From assembly GCA_963674965.2 (NCBI GenBank), contig CAXXFL010000002.1:704686-768685 (forward strand): a stretch of DNA of 64,000 nt, in the 5' to 3' direction. A model generated the notes under the pieces. The model saw only the letters and a program-made list of their open reading frames with translations. It was not told where the DNA came from and did not search any database. Source of the DNA: a bacterium (GTDB lineage Bacteria > RBG-13-61-14 > DATKZS01). Numbering within the stretch: position 1 is the stretch's first letter; every line of letters starts with the position of its first letter. This document shows, piece by piece, positions 19,133 through 29,182 of this stretch. A program made the position numbers and the translations under genes.

Positions 19133-20766
19133 GGATTTACCGAGTTAAGCTCGCTCGCGAAAGCGGCCGCCGAGACCGGGTCGCTCTCCTGTATGATATA
19201 AAATCGCATCCCTATTTTGGCGCCTCTCGCCTTGCTCGTCTCGAAGCGGATTTCCCGAGCCTTGGGATAAAAACCGGCGGCAAGGCATCCAGCCGCGTTG
19301 TCGCGAATCAAGTAAAGGCCGTCGCCCAGCCCGATCAGGCCGTTGGGAAGGGCCAGGTGTATCGATTTGGGCTTTATATCGTTAATGTCTATCCGCCTGA
19401 CTTCATGCTCCATCATGGCCGGACTATACTCGAGGTAATCCCCCGCCAGGGGAAAGGCAATTCCACCGCTTCCTTTCCATTCCACGCTGACCGAGTAAGC
19501 CTTTCGCGACAGGACCTCGGCCTCCTCCCAGGTTGCCTTTGATTTTAAGGCCCCGCCGAAGAGTCCGACCTCGACCGGAGGTTCGTCAGTTAACTCGCGG
19601 AAAACGGGAGACGCCGGCGCGGCGTTCGGCAAGGGCGCTCCTTCCAGCGCCTTCAGGGCGAGGTCCATTTGCTCGTAATCCCATTTGATCTCGACGGGAA
19701 AGGGGAACCATCCGGTCGGGTCCGAGACCTCGGCGTTTAGCATGTGCCCCCACGCCTCGGCGAGGACCTCGTCGTCCGCGCCCGCCCGCTCGGCCTCGAT
19801 CAATTTCGTCCTCACCCGCCAGTTCCTGGAGCGTATGTCGTAGTCGGCCTCCCAGGGGAAAGCGTATTTGCCCATCCACTGGAAGACGCCCGAGCCGTCC
19901 TCCGGCCGCCAGGGCGAGTCGAGCATGGGACGAAGAGGGGCCGGCTTCAACCCGGCCTCCCGGAGGGCGGCCACGTACTCGGAAACGGTCGAGGGCTTGT
20001 ACCCTTCCTTTTCCAGCGCCGTCATGCGAGCCTCGAGGCCCTTCAGCTTGGCGGGGTTGGCGCGGAAGAGGCCGGGGAAATAGGGGCTGATCCCGGCGGT
20101 GGCCACCAACTCGCCGTCGCCCAGAAAAAGCCATTTCACCTTGACGCCGGTATCCGGGTGGATAGCGTCCCGGTTGGTAATCACGTCCATCCCGTGGGCC
20201 GAGAAATAGGGAAAGCGCTCGTCGTCCTGAAACCATGAATACTGGCTCGTGGTCATTACCGCCGCGTCGTATCCATGGTCCCTGCCCAGGCGGCACATGC
20301 CCTCCCCGAACTGGGCCTCCTGGGTGAAGATCACGCTCGAGCGCTCGATCCCGTATTTTTCGAAGATTCGGTCGTTGAGCTTGATGGACCACTTCTGATC
20401 GTGACCGGGAAAGGCGAGCAGCAACTGGTCGGCGTAATGAAAGGACGTGAGGCTTACCTGGCCCGAGTTCACGAGCCTTCTGAATTTATCCAGCACCTCG
20501 GTATGGCTCTCGGCCATGTACTCGATCATGAGTCCCTGCATCTCGAAGTCGGCCCCCCAGCCGGGATGGGCGGCGTAGAAATCCACCAGGGGCTCGAAGC
20601 TTTGCTTCACGATCCTTCTCATGCTCGCCTCGGAGCCGACCACGTACTGGATATTGAAATGATACATGTTGAGCAGAAAGCCACCGGCGGGCCTTTCTTT
20701 AGACGACCCGGGGCCTGAAACCAGTATCACCGCCAAAAGCGCCAAGGGCGCGGCGAGTTTTTTCAT
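19129..20766 (-). CDS. Secreted GH57-like glycoside hydrolase
   Basis: Signal peptide MKKLAAPLALLAV; HFNIQY, FTQEAQF, LGDGE, AEVSDPTGW resemble GH57 conserved regions. Confidence 0.65.
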   Translation of the reverse strand: MKKLAAPLALLAVILVSGPGSSKERPAGGFLLNMYHFNIQYVVGSEASMRRIVKQSFEPLVDFYAAHPGWGADFEMQGLMIEYMAESHTEVLDKFRRLVNSGQVSLTSFHYADQLLLAFPGHDQKWSIKLNDRIFEKYGIERSSVIFTQEAQFGEGMCRLGRDHGYDAAVMTTSQYSWFQDDERFPYFSAHGMDVITNRDAIHPDTGVKVKWLFLGDGELVATAGISPYFPGLFRANPAKLKGLEARMTALEKEGYKPSTVSEYVAALREAGLKPAPLRPMLDSPWRPEDGSGVFQWMGKYAFPWEADYDIRSRNWRVRTKLIEAERAGADDEVLAEAWGHMLNAEVSDPTGWFPFPVEIKWDYEQMDLALKALEGAPLPNAAPASPVFRELTDEPPVEVGLFGGALKSKATWEEAEVLSRKAYSVSVEWKGSGGIAFPLAGDYLEYSPAMMEHEVRRIDINDIKPKSIHLALPNGLIGLGDGLYLIRDNAAGCLAAGFYPKAREIRFETSKARGAKIGMRFYIIQESDPVSAAAFASELNSVNP

Positions 20767-20854
20767 AAGCGCGTCTCCATTCATAGAGAAATATCCTCCA
20801 TTATAGATTGGACTGTGGCCCTCGGGCAATATATCATTATTGGCCTGGTCGAAA

Positions 20855-21814
20855 ATGAACGAGACTTCCACATCCGCCTCTCCCGCCCCGCGCGGCTACG
20901 ATCTTCTTCTTTTAATCATGGCCAACGCCATATGGGGAAGCACCGACTCGATAGCCAAGTACGCCCTGGCCGAGATGAGTCCCATTACCCTGACCTGGCT
21001 TCGTTTCAGCGTGGCGGCCATTTTTTTCCTTCCTCCTCTTTATTTCCGGCGGCGCGAGATACCCCGTTCTTTTCGAGCTCTTCTTCCCTTCATGGCGCTG
21101 GGGGCCTGCGGTTTCTTTCTTAACTTCGCCGTCTTCTATTACGGACTCAGGCTGGCCCCCGCGTCCCACGCCACAGCCTTTCGCGTTTCCGAGTACCTTG
21201 TAATCCTGGCGCTGTCGGGGGTGATCCTGGGGGAGAGGGTCACGAGGAGGTCCCTCCTGGGCATAGCGGCGGGGTTGGTTGGGTTCATTATCGTGCTGGA
21301 CCTGGATTTATCGAGTCTCGACGTATTCACGAAGGGAACGCGGCTGGGAGACGCCCTGATTTTTTTAGGCATAGTGATCGAGGGCCTTTACACGGTCATC
21401 GGTAAAAAGACCCTGGCCAATACCCGCCCGCTCACGGCCACGGCCCTGGCCTGCCTTTTCGGATGGCTCATGACCACCGCGGCGTCCCTGCCGGAGATCG
21501 CGCTCCTGGCCAAGGATCCGCCGTCATGGAAAGGCATGGCCTCGGCCATCTACCTGGGAGTGTTCGCCACGGCTTTCGCCTATTGGGTTTGGTACAAGGT
21601 CCTCTCGAGGCGGGAGTCCTACAGGGTGGGCATGACCCTCATGGTCCAGCCGGCCGTCGGGCTGCCCATGGCCGCCCTCTTCCTGGGCGAGAAACTGGAC
21701 GGATGGTTCCTGGCCGGGGCGGTCCTGATCGCGGCCGGGGTTTACGTGGCGCTTTCCGGCGCGGGATCGAGCGCGGCGTCCCCCGTGGAATCTTCCTCGG
21801 AAAAGGACGGATAG
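20855..21814 (+). CDS. EamA/DMT family transporter
   Basis: About ten TM helices; IWGS, LRF, ILGER, FLGEKL. Confidence 0.88.
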   Translation: MNETSTSASPAPRGYDLLLLIMANAIWGSTDSIAKYALAEMSPITLTWLRFSVAAIFFLPPLYFRRREIPRSFRALLPFMALGACGFFLNFAVFYYGLRLAPASHATAFRVSEYLVILALSGVILGERVTRRSLLGIAAGLVGFIIVLDLDLSSLDVFTKGTRLGDALIFLGIVIEGLYTVIGKKTLANTRPLTATALACLFGWLMTTAASLPEIALLAKDPPSWKGMASAIYLGVFATAFAYWVWYKVLSRRESYRVGMTLMVQPAVGLPMAALFLGEKLDGWFLAGAVLIAAGVYVALSGAGSSAASPVESSSEKDG

Positions 21815-22200
21815 GAGATGGCGTAGTAAAGCGCCGCCAAGGCCCATATCGCCGGCGCCAGTCCAATTGCCCCCATGAGAAGGGCCATGAGGTAGGTCGT
21901 CTGGTTCAGATTTATAATATGCTCGGCCATAATTCCCATCCTGTAGACGACGACCGCCGCCGCCAGGACCACGAATAACTTCCTGGCCACTTCCACTTTC
22001 CTGTAAAGGGCGATCGAGTAAATCCAGAACAGTCCTAGAAATACGGCGCTGGGCCATCCCCATTGGATTACCATGTCGGGCTGTCTGCCCTGATCGAAGA
22101 CAGCCCAGCCGGCCAGGCCGGCGAGGGCCGCGGTATAAATCAGCAATAGGCCGAATACGAGCGCCATGAACAGCGTGAAATGCCTGTTTTTCGTGGCCAA
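21742..22200 (-). CDS. Hypothetical four-TM membrane protein
   Basis: Four hydrophobic segments; AGGAGG upstream of a TTG start; 3' end overlaps the convergent EamA gene. Confidence 0.65.
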   Translation of the reverse strand: MATKNRHFTLFMALVFGLLLIYTAALAGLAGWAVFDQGRQPDMVIQWGWPSAVFLGLFWIYSIALYRKVEVARKLFVVLAAAVVVYRMGIMAEHIINLNQTTYLMALLMGAIGLAPAIWALAALYYAISYPSFSEEDSTGDAALDPAPESAT

Positions 22201-22317
22201 TCTTTTCCTCCTGAGGAGCCTGAGTCCGTCGGGGACCGGCGGGACCGATCCGGGTTCTAAATGGATTTGACTTCACTCGGCGACATAGGTTCCCGCCGAC
22301 CCGGGACCGGCGGCCGA

Positions 22318-22746
22318 TTAAAACGCGTCCAGTTCCTTGTCCAGTATCTTGATATAGGCCTTCTTAAGGGCCTCGATGGCTTTGTCCGCCGGCTCGGCGC
22401 CCACTATCATGACCGCGTTGCCCTTGTACTTTCCGATAAGCGGGTACAGGTACTCGACGTTGACGCCGGCCTCCTTGAGGGGCTTGAGCAGGGCGTTCAA
22501 TCCGCCGGGATGGTCCGGGGTTTCGAGGGCCAGTACCGGCACCTCCCTGACCTCGAAGCCGTTTGCCTTCAGTACGTCGAGGGTCTTGTGGGGGTCGTCC
22601 GGCACCAGGTGAATCTGGGCGTCCTCGCCGTGGACCGCCGCGGTTATGGCCCGCACGTTGATACCCTCGTCACCCAGGACGTCGCTGATGCGGGACAGTT
22701 GTCCGGGCTTGTTTTCAACCTTAACCGAGAGCTGCGTTACCTTCAT
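22318..22746 (-). CDS. Tandem ACT-domain protein
   Basis: QLSVKVENKPGQL...GINVRA and PDHPGGL...GVNVEYLY. Confidence 0.9.
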   Translation of the reverse strand: MKVTQLSVKVENKPGQLSRISDVLGDEGINVRAITAAVHGEDAQIHLVPDDPHKTLDVLKANGFEVREVPVLALETPDHPGGLNALLKPLKEAGVNVEYLYPLIGKYKGNAVMIVGAEPADKAIEALKKAYIKILDKELDAF

Positions 22747-23297
22747 CAGCTTCCTCCACCTTTGTTCTTTATGAATTCCAGGCCCACCTCGAAACCCTTG
22801 AGGTTCGATTCCATGGCCTTTTTCTTCTTCTCGAAAATAATCCCGATGGCCTCGCGGAAAGCCGCCGGGTCCACCAGGCCGGTCTTGCCCGCCAGCGCCC
22901 CGAGCATGACCATGTTGGCAGAGCGCTCGCTCCCGGCCTTCTTGGCCAACTCGTTGGCCGGCACCTCGACCACCTCGATATCGCTGCGCGTCGGTCTTTC
23001 CTCGACCAGGCTGGTATTGAGGAACATCAAGCCGCCCGGGCCGATGAAGTTCTCGAACTTGAGCATGGACGGACGGTTCATGGCCACCAGGTACTCGGGC
23101 TCGCTCGCGATGGGAGAGGCTATCTCCTCGTCGCCCACGTTGACCGTGCAGTTGGCCGTTCCTCCCCTGACCTCGGCCCCGTAGCTGGGGAAATAGGTCA
23201 CGTGCTTATCGTCGATCATGCCCGCGTAGGTCAGGGTATAACCCATGGAGAGCACGCCCTGGCCGCCGAATCCAGCGAAAAATGTTTTAACTATCAT
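22746..23297 (-). CDS. 2-oxoacid:ferredoxin oxidoreductase gamma subunit
   Basis: AGFGGQGV, PSYGAEVRGGTANC, NMVMLGA. Confidence 0.93.
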   Translation of the reverse strand: MIVKTFFAGFGGQGVLSMGYTLTYAGMIDDKHVTYFPSYGAEVRGGTANCTVNVGDEEIASPIASEPEYLVAMNRPSMLKFENFIGPGGLMFLNTSLVEERPTRSDIEVVEVPANELAKKAGSERSANMVMLGALAGKTGLVDPAAFREAIGIIFEKKKKAMESNLKGFEVGLEFIKNKGGGS

Positions 23298-23350
23298 AGA
23301 CAACCCCGCAAAGAATATACGACCGCCGAACCCGAGGCGAATCGCCCGCT

Positions 23351-24094
23351 TTATTTCCCCGTCCTGTCCGCCAGCACGCCGGGCTGGAAATGCTCGACCA
23401 TCTCGGTCTCGACCCACCGGCAGGCGTCGAGCGGCTTCATCTTCCAGTTAGTCGGACAAGGCGAGAGCACCTCGACCAGGGTAAATCCCTTCCCCGCCAT
23501 CTGGACCTCGAAGGCCTTGCGTATGGCCTTCTTGGCCTTGACGATGGTCTTGGGCGAGGTGACCATTACCCGCTCGACGTAGGCCGCTCCCGGCAGTTCC
23601 GCCACCAGGTGAGATATGTCCAGGGTGTACCCCTCCCGCTTGGCCGAGCGTCCGGCCGGAGCGGTGGTGGCCTTCATGCCCATCAGGGTGGTGGGCGCCA
23701 TCTGCCCGCCCGTCATGCCGTAAATGGCGTTGTTGATGAAAATGACCGTGATGTTCTCGCCCCGGTTGGCCGCGTGAATGGTCTCGGCCGTGCCGATGGC
23801 CGCCAGGTCTCCGTCTCCCTGATAGGAGAAGACCACGTGGTCGGGAAGGCAGCGCTTGACGCCGGTGGCCACGGCCCCTCCCCTTCCGTGAGCGGCCTCG
23901 ATGACGTCCACGTCCATGTAAACGTAAGCCAGGACCGCGCAACCCGCGGGGGCCACGCCGATGACCTTCTCGCCCACGCCCATCTCCTCGAAGACCTCCA
24001 TCATAAGACGGTGGACGATCGAGTGGCCGCAGCCCGGGCAGTAGTGGGACGACACGTCCTTTAAGTATTTGGGTTTTTTATAAACCTGTTCCAT
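23351..24094 (-). CDS. 2-oxoacid:ferredoxin oxidoreductase beta subunit (TPP-binding; VOR-like)
   Basis: YCPGCGH, HGRG, YQGDGDLAAIG, NNAIYGMTGGQ, SPCPTNW. Confidence 0.95.
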   Translation of the reverse strand: MEQVYKKPKYLKDVSSHYCPGCGHSIVHRLMMEVFEEMGVGEKVIGVAPAGCAVLAYVYMDVDVIEAAHGRGGAVATGVKRCLPDHVVFSYQGDGDLAAIGTAETIHAANRGENITVIFINNAIYGMTGGQMAPTTLMGMKATTAPAGRSAKREGYTLDISHLVAELPGAAYVERVMVTSPKTIVKAKKAIRKAFEVQMAGKGFTLVEVLSPCPTNWKMKPLDACRWVETEMVEHFQPGVLADRTGK

Positions 24095-24109
24095 GGCCCG
24101 CTCCTTTTA

Positions 24110-25198
24110 TTAATCGGGAACCCGCTGGAAATAGCGGGTGGAAACGACCTTGGCCAGGTCAAGAGGAGTCGGAACGGCCCCCCCCGGGCGGCAGTAGGTA
24201 GACACGCTTCCCTTGCCCTCGAGGGCAAGCCTTACGTCCTCGACCATCTGGCCCGTGTTAAGCTCGAAGACCATAAACTCCTCGATGCCTCGGTCAAGAA
24301 GCGACCTGAGAGCCTCGGACGGATATGGCCAAAGAGTGATGGGACGGAACATCCCCACCTTGAGGCCGTCCTTTTTCAGGCGCCGCATGGCCCCCTTGGC
24401 TATCCGGGCGGCCGTGCCGAAGGCGACTATGGCCATCTTGGCCCCCTCGAGGTCGTACTCCTCCCAACTGGTCTCTTCCTCGGCTATTTGCTTGTATTTC
24501 CTGACCAGCTTCCAGTTGTGTTCCTCTTCCTTCTTGGTGTCGAGAATGAGGGAGATGCTGCGGCGGCCCGGCCGTCCTGCCGCCCCCCGCATGGCCCAGT
24601 CCTTGGCGGGCAGGGTCTTCAAGTCCCTCATCTCCGGCATGATCACGGGCTCCATGGTGTTCCCGAGCATGCCGTCCGACATGATCAGCACCGGGGTCCG
24701 GTACTTGTCGGCCACGTCGAAGGCCTTATAGGTAAGCTCGGCCAACTCCTGCACCGAGGCGGGAGCGAACACCGGCGTCCTGTAGTCTCCGTGCCCGCCG
24801 CCCCTGGTGGACTGGAAATAGTCGCTTTGAGAGCCGGCGATGTTGCCCAGGCCGGGGCTTCCCCTTACCATGTTGACCACCACGGCGGGCAGTTCCTGTC
24901 CGGCCAGGAAGCTTATGCCCTCCTGCTTGAGGCTGATGCCGGGGCTGGAGGAACTGGTCATGGCCCTGGTCCCGGTGACCGAGGCCCCCAGCACCATGCT
25001 GATGGACGCTATCTCGGACTCTCCCTGTATGAACACGCCGCCCACCTCGGGCATGCGTCCCGACATGTACTCGGGCACCTCGTTCTGGGGAGTTATGGGA
25101 TACCCCGCGTAAAACCTGCACCCCGCCCTGATGGCCGCCTCGGCCAGGGCGTGGTTGCCCCGCATCAATACCTTGTCTTGCTTTTTCTTTTTACTCAC
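24110..25198 (-). CDS. vorB: 2-oxoacid:ferredoxin oxidoreductase alpha subunit (3-methyl-2-oxobutanoate dehydrogenase VorB-like)
   Basis: GYPITPQ, ESEIA, TSSSSPGISLKQEG, GGGHGDY, GQMVEDV. Confidence 0.92.
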   Translation of the reverse strand: MSKKKKQDKVLMRGNHALAEAAIRAGCRFYAGYPITPQNEVPEYMSGRMPEVGGVFIQGESEIASISMVLGASVTGTRAMTSSSSPGISLKQEGISFLAGQELPAVVVNMVRGSPGLGNIAGSQSDYFQSTRGGGHGDYRTPVFAPASVQELAELTYKAFDVADKYRTPVLIMSDGMLGNTMEPVIMPEMRDLKTLPAKDWAMRGAAGRPGRRSISLILDTKKEEEHNWKLVRKYKQIAEEETSWEEYDLEGAKMAIVAFGTAARIAKGAMRRLKKDGLKVGMFRPITLWPYPSEALRSLLDRGIEEFMVFELNTGQMVEDVRLALEGKGSVSTYCRPGGAVPTPLDLAKVVSTRYFQRVPD

Positions 25199-25415
25199 GC
25201 CACACCTCGATTATCCCCTCCGGACACACTATCGCGCAGGTCCCGCATCCGTTGCAGTCCTCCCCCGAGTGAACGGCGGGGTAGTAACCCTTTTCGTTGT
25301 ACTTGTCGTCCAGCTTGATCGCTCCCTTGGGACAGGCATCGATACAATACTCGCAGGATTTGCAGAACTCCTGCTTGATTATTATCTTTCCTTTTCTTTG
25401 CTTCTTTTGCGCCAT
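25191..25415 (-). CDS. 2-oxoacid oxidoreductase delta subunit (ferredoxin)
   Basis: CKSCEYCIDACP and CNGCGTCAIVCP; NEKGYYP; overlaps the alpha start. Confidence 0.92.
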   Translation of the reverse strand: MAQKKQRKGKIIIKQEFCKSCEYCIDACPKGAIKLDDKYNEKGYYPAVHSGEDCNGCGTCAIVCPEGIIEVWRE

Positions 25416-25564
25416 TGAGGGAACTTCCTTTCAACCCGTTATAAACGCGCCTTTTCCTTCTAACTTATTAATAAAAAAGCGGCCCGAAATAATTAAGCCG
25501 CCAAAACGCATAAACGAAATCTTACGGCTCGCCGATGGGGATATCTTGTCTCTCACGATCCCGC

Positions 25565-25963
25565 TTAGAGGATTTTCATGAGATAGTCCGCCAGGAGCTT
25601 GGACTCGTCCACCGATTCGGCTTTTCCTTCCTCGGCCAGCTTTTGTGCTTCCTTTTCCCCTTCCCTGGTCCCGGGTTCCCCGATAAATCCCGGCTCCACC
25701 TGGTAGGGCACGTCATGCACGATGGCGGAATCCATGTAGATATCGCATCCCGTCTTTTCCAGTTCATCCTTGGCGTAAATCTTGCCCACCATGCCGTGCT
25801 GGTCCTCGGTGCCGTCCGCCACGAAGAGGAACTTGAAGGCCGGTACCAGCTTGTATTCCTGGTCCTGACGGGAATGGATGGTGAGTTTGTCTCCCTCAAG
25901 GTCGGCCTTGCCCTCGGCGAAAAGGGAGTCGAGTATTTCCTGCGATATGAAAATCTTCTTCAT
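25565..25963 (-). CDS. Hypothetical protein
   Basis: Clean ORF with GGAGG RBS and host-like codon usage; globular composition. Confidence 0.75.
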   Translation of the reverse strand: MKKIFISQEILDSLFAEGKADLEGDKLTIHSRQDQEYKLVPAFKFLFVADGTEDQHGMVGKIYAKDELEKTGCDIYMDSAIVHDVPYQVEPGFIGEPGTREGEKEAQKLAEEGKAESVDESKLLADYLMKIL

Positions 25964-25979
25964 TTTTAGAAGCCTCCGC

Positions 25980-26270
25980 TCACCCGATAAGGGTTTGCGC
26001 GAAAACCTTGACGTCCATATCCGACCAGCCGTAGTCGGGACATATTTTTTTCAGTATGCTCTTTACGTTTTCGGCGTAAAGAGTTATTTCCTTTACGGGT
26101 ATGCCGGGCTTGGCCATCTTGCCAATGACCCTCTCCCCTTCCACTCTCACTATCTGAAGATACTCGGGGTTGTTGTCCTTGAAATAGAACTGCTGAGCGG
26201 GAAGGACCTCGTTTAAATGTTCCTGAATTTTATCCGTTATCTTCGCCCCAATTATCAGATGGTTTTCCAT
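25980..26270 (-). CDS. Hypothetical protein (96 aa)
   Basis: GAGG upstream of the ATG at 26270; the longer ORF extension would run into rnpB. Confidence 0.65.
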   Translation of the reverse strand: MENHLIIGAKITDKIQEHLNEVLPAQQFYFKDNNPEYLQIVRVEGERVIGKMAKPGIPVKEITLYAENVKSILKKICPDYGWSDMDVKVFAQTLIG

Positions 26271-26396
26271 TTGTTCCTCGGTTTTTTTGCCTTCATTAAA
26301 TATCTCACGATGGTCCGCCGGTGTCAAGAAGATGCCTGGAGAAGACCGGTCCCCGAGGGCCATGGAAAGCCCCCGTTCCGGCCGGCCCTCTCCAGG

Positions 26397-26779
26397 GCGC
26401 CAAGCCCTCCGTAAGCCGGGTTCTGTGCTCCGAGCGAGGCTCGAGCGGCGGCCATTCATCTGGGACGAGGGTTGCCCCCCGCCTCCAGCGACCTACCCGG
26501 CGGCATCGGACGGGCCGTCCTCAATCGCCGCCCTATTTGGTCTTGCTCCGGAAGGGGTTTACCTAGCCGGCCCGGTCGCCCGGGACCGCGGTGGGCTCTT
26601 ACCCCACCCTTTCACCCTTACCTGAAGGACCAAAGTCCTCCAGGCGGTCTGCTCTCTGTTGCACTTTCCGTGGGATTTCTCCCCCTGGCCGTTAGCCAGC
26701 TTCCCGCCCTGTGGAGCCCGGACTTTCCTCGACCCGGCGGCAAAAGCCCCGAGCCGCGGCCGCCCTTCGGGCTTGGCGC
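26397..26779 (-). ncRNA. rnpB: RNase P RNA (bacterial type A)
   Basis: Minus strand has GAGGAAAGTCCGGGCTCC, GGAAAGTGCAACAGAGAGCAGACCGCC, GGTGAAAGGGTGGGGTAAGAGCCCACCG, ACAGAACCCGGCTTA; P1 helix GCGCCAAGCCC/GGGCTTGGCGC. Confidence 0.97.
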
Positions 26780-26785
26780 GCTTAT

Positions 26786-26794
26786 AGTATAGCA
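26786..26794 (-). promoter_or_regulatory. Extended -10 promoter of rnpB
   Basis: TGcTATACT 6 nt upstream of the P1 5' strand. Confidence 0.6.
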
Positions 26795-27018
26795 CGTATT
26801 GCAAATAATGCCCGAAAACATGAAACCGCGGCACGCTCCATTAACCAACCAAGGTCCGGCCCGAAGCAAGGCCCCCAAAAAACCTTGCTTTAATCCCTTT
26901 ATTGCTTTATAGTAGACACAACTTGTTGGGCGTCCCGCAAGGGGCGGCACAATCCATTGGGGTATTCTTTGGTCTCGAGTCGGCTTCTCGACAATAAAAA
27001 CAGGAACGCCACGTTAAT

Positions 27019-27774
27019 ATGAAACTTTGCGTGCTGGGAAGCGGAAGTAAGGGAAACTCGGTTTACGTCGAGGCCGGAGGGGTCAAGGTCCTGTTCGACG
27101 CGGGCTTTTCCGCCTTGCAACTGAAGAAGAGACTCGCCCAGGTGGGAGCGTCCATAAACGAGCTTGACGCTATTTTCACCTCGCACGAGCATTCCGATCA
27201 CGTGGCGGGCCTCAGGGTCCTGGGAAAAAAACTACCCCTTTTCGCGACCGCCGGCACGCTGGCCGAGGTAAGGCTTCGCTTCGAGTTGAACGGTACCGAG
27301 ATAATCGAGCCGGGCGAATGGGGACGGCTGGGCGGTCTGGATTTCCTGCCCGTTCCCGTCTCGCATGACGCCGCCGAGCCGGTGGGATTTATCCTGTCCG
27401 ACGGCAAGATCAAGGTCGCCGTCATGACGGACCTTGGCGTGGTTACCCGGGTGATCGAGCATCACATGAAGGACCTGACGGCGGCGGTGATCGAGTGCAA
27501 CCACGACCCGATCATGCTCCGGGACGGGCCCTATCCCTGGGAACTCAAGCAACGGATCAAGGGAAGGATGGGCCACCTGGCCAACCCGGAGTCGGCCGAG
27601 CTGGCGGCGTCCATTTGCCGCGGCGGGCTGAAAAGGTTATACCTCGCTCATCTCTCGGAGGAAAACAACAGGCCGGAGCTGGCAATGGAGGCGGTCGCCA
27701 AGGCGGTCGACGGGGCCGGCGTGGCCCTTTCGGTTTGCGCGCAGGACCGCCCCTGCCCCATGATCGAGCTTTAA
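27019..27774 (+). CDS. MBL-fold metallo-hydrolase (YycJ/WalJ-like)
   Basis: LGSGSKGNS, SHEHSDH, HDAAEP, TDLG, ECNHD, GHL, AHLSEENN. Confidence 0.9.
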   Translation: MKLCVLGSGSKGNSVYVEAGGVKVLFDAGFSALQLKKRLAQVGASINELDAIFTSHEHSDHVAGLRVLGKKLPLFATAGTLAEVRLRFELNGTEIIEPGEWGRLGGLDFLPVPVSHDAAEPVGFILSDGKIKVAVMTDLGVVTRVIEHHMKDLTAAVIECNHDPIMLRDGPYPWELKQRIKGRMGHLANPESAELAASICRGGLKRLYLAHLSEENNRPELAMEAVAKAVDGAGVALSVCAQDRPCPMIEL

Positions 27775-27814
27775 TATCACCGCCGATACGATCGGAAGTA
27801 AACGGGAGGAGTAA

Positions 27815-29119
27815 ATGATACCCAGGTATACAAGGCCTGAGATGGCCGAGATATGGACCGACCGCCATAAATACGATATCTGGCTGAAAATCGAGGTCAT
27901 GGCCGTCGAGGGCTGGGCCAAGATCGGCAAGATACCCAAAAAGGACGCCGAGCTCATATCCAAACGGGCGGCCTACGATCTGGATCGAGTCGATGAAATC
28001 GAGAAGATCACCCGGCACGACGTGGTGGCTTTCACCCAGTCTATGGCCGAGTCCATAAACCATCCGGCCGTGAGATGGATTCATTTCGGTCTGACCAGCT
28101 CCGACGTGCTGGACACCTGCCTGGCCGTGCAGATGACCGAGGCGGCGAACATCCTGATAAACGACATTAAGCTTTTCCTGAAAGTTCTTAAAAAGAAAGC
28201 ATTAAAACACAAAAAGGACGTCATGACAGGCCGAAGTCACGGCATTCACGCCGAGCCCATAACTTTCGGTCTGGTCATGGCCCTGTGGTATGACGAGATG
28301 AGACGAAACCTTGCCCGGCTCGAGGCGGCGAGGGAGGACGTCCGGGTGGGTCAGATTTCCGGGGCCGTGGGCACCTACGCTCATCAGGACCCCCGCGTCG
28401 AGGCCTACGTCATGAAGAGGCTCGGGCTCAAGACGCCCAATATCACCACTCAGGTCATTCAGCGCGACCGGCACGCGAGCTTCTTCACCACCCTGGCCGT
28501 GATCGCCTCGTCCTTCGAGAAGTTCTCGGTACAGGTCAGGCATTGGCAGCGCACCGAGGTGCTCGAGGCGGAGGAGTTCTTTCACAAAGGGCAAAAGGGC
28601 AGCTCGGCCATGCCCCATAAAAGGAACCCCATCGCCAGCGAGAACACGGCGGGCCTGGCCAGGATAGTCCGGGCGGCGGCCGTTCCGGCGCTCGAGAACG
28701 TGGCCCTCTGGCATGAGCGGGACATAAGCCACAGCTCGGTCGAGCGCGTCATCGGCCCCGACGCCACCATCGCTCTCGATTATCTTATGGCCCGGTTCAC
28801 GGGCATAGTTGACAAGCTTATCGTTTACCCGAGGCGGATGAAGGAAAACCTCGAGATCACTCGCGGCCTCATCTTCTCGGAGGGCGTGCTCCTGAAACTC
28901 GTCGAGTCCGGCCTTACCCGCGAGGAGTCCTACTCGATGGTCCAGAGGAACGCCATGAAGGTCTGGGAGGAAGGAAAAAAAGACTTTATGACCTATCTTC
29001 TGGAAGACCCGGAAATAGTGGAGAAACTGGGGCGCGAGGGGATCGGGGAATGCTTCGATCCGGGCCGCCTGATGGAAAAGGTTGACATGATCTTTGCCAG
29101 GGTCTTTGAAAAAGGTTAA
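27815..29119 (+). CDS. purB: Adenylosuccinate lyase
   Basis: MIPRYTRPEM, HFGLTSSD, GRSHGIHAEP, GSSAMPHKRNP, WHERDISHSS. Confidence 0.97.
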   Translation: MIPRYTRPEMAEIWTDRHKYDIWLKIEVMAVEGWAKIGKIPKKDAELISKRAAYDLDRVDEIEKITRHDVVAFTQSMAESINHPAVRWIHFGLTSSDVLDTCLAVQMTEAANILINDIKLFLKVLKKKALKHKKDVMTGRSHGIHAEPITFGLVMALWYDEMRRNLARLEAAREDVRVGQISGAVGTYAHQDPRVEAYVMKRLGLKTPNITTQVIQRDRHASFFTTLAVIASSFEKFSVQVRHWQRTEVLEAEEFFHKGQKGSSAMPHKRNPIASENTAGLARIVRAAAVPALENVALWHERDISHSSVERVIGPDATIALDYLMARFTGIVDKLIVYPRRMKENLEITRGLIFSEGVLLKLVESGLTREESYSMVQRNAMKVWEEGKKDFMTYLLEDPEIVEKLGREGIGECFDPGRLMEKVDMIFARVFEKG

Positions 29120-29182
29120 AATAAACGCTTTCGCTCGCCCGGGAGAAGCCGGGCAAAAGACTAAAAAACGTTGGAGGTCCCC

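Noticed and set aside
26287..26950. Several short ORFs on both strands
   Set aside because: They overlap the RNase P RNA gene
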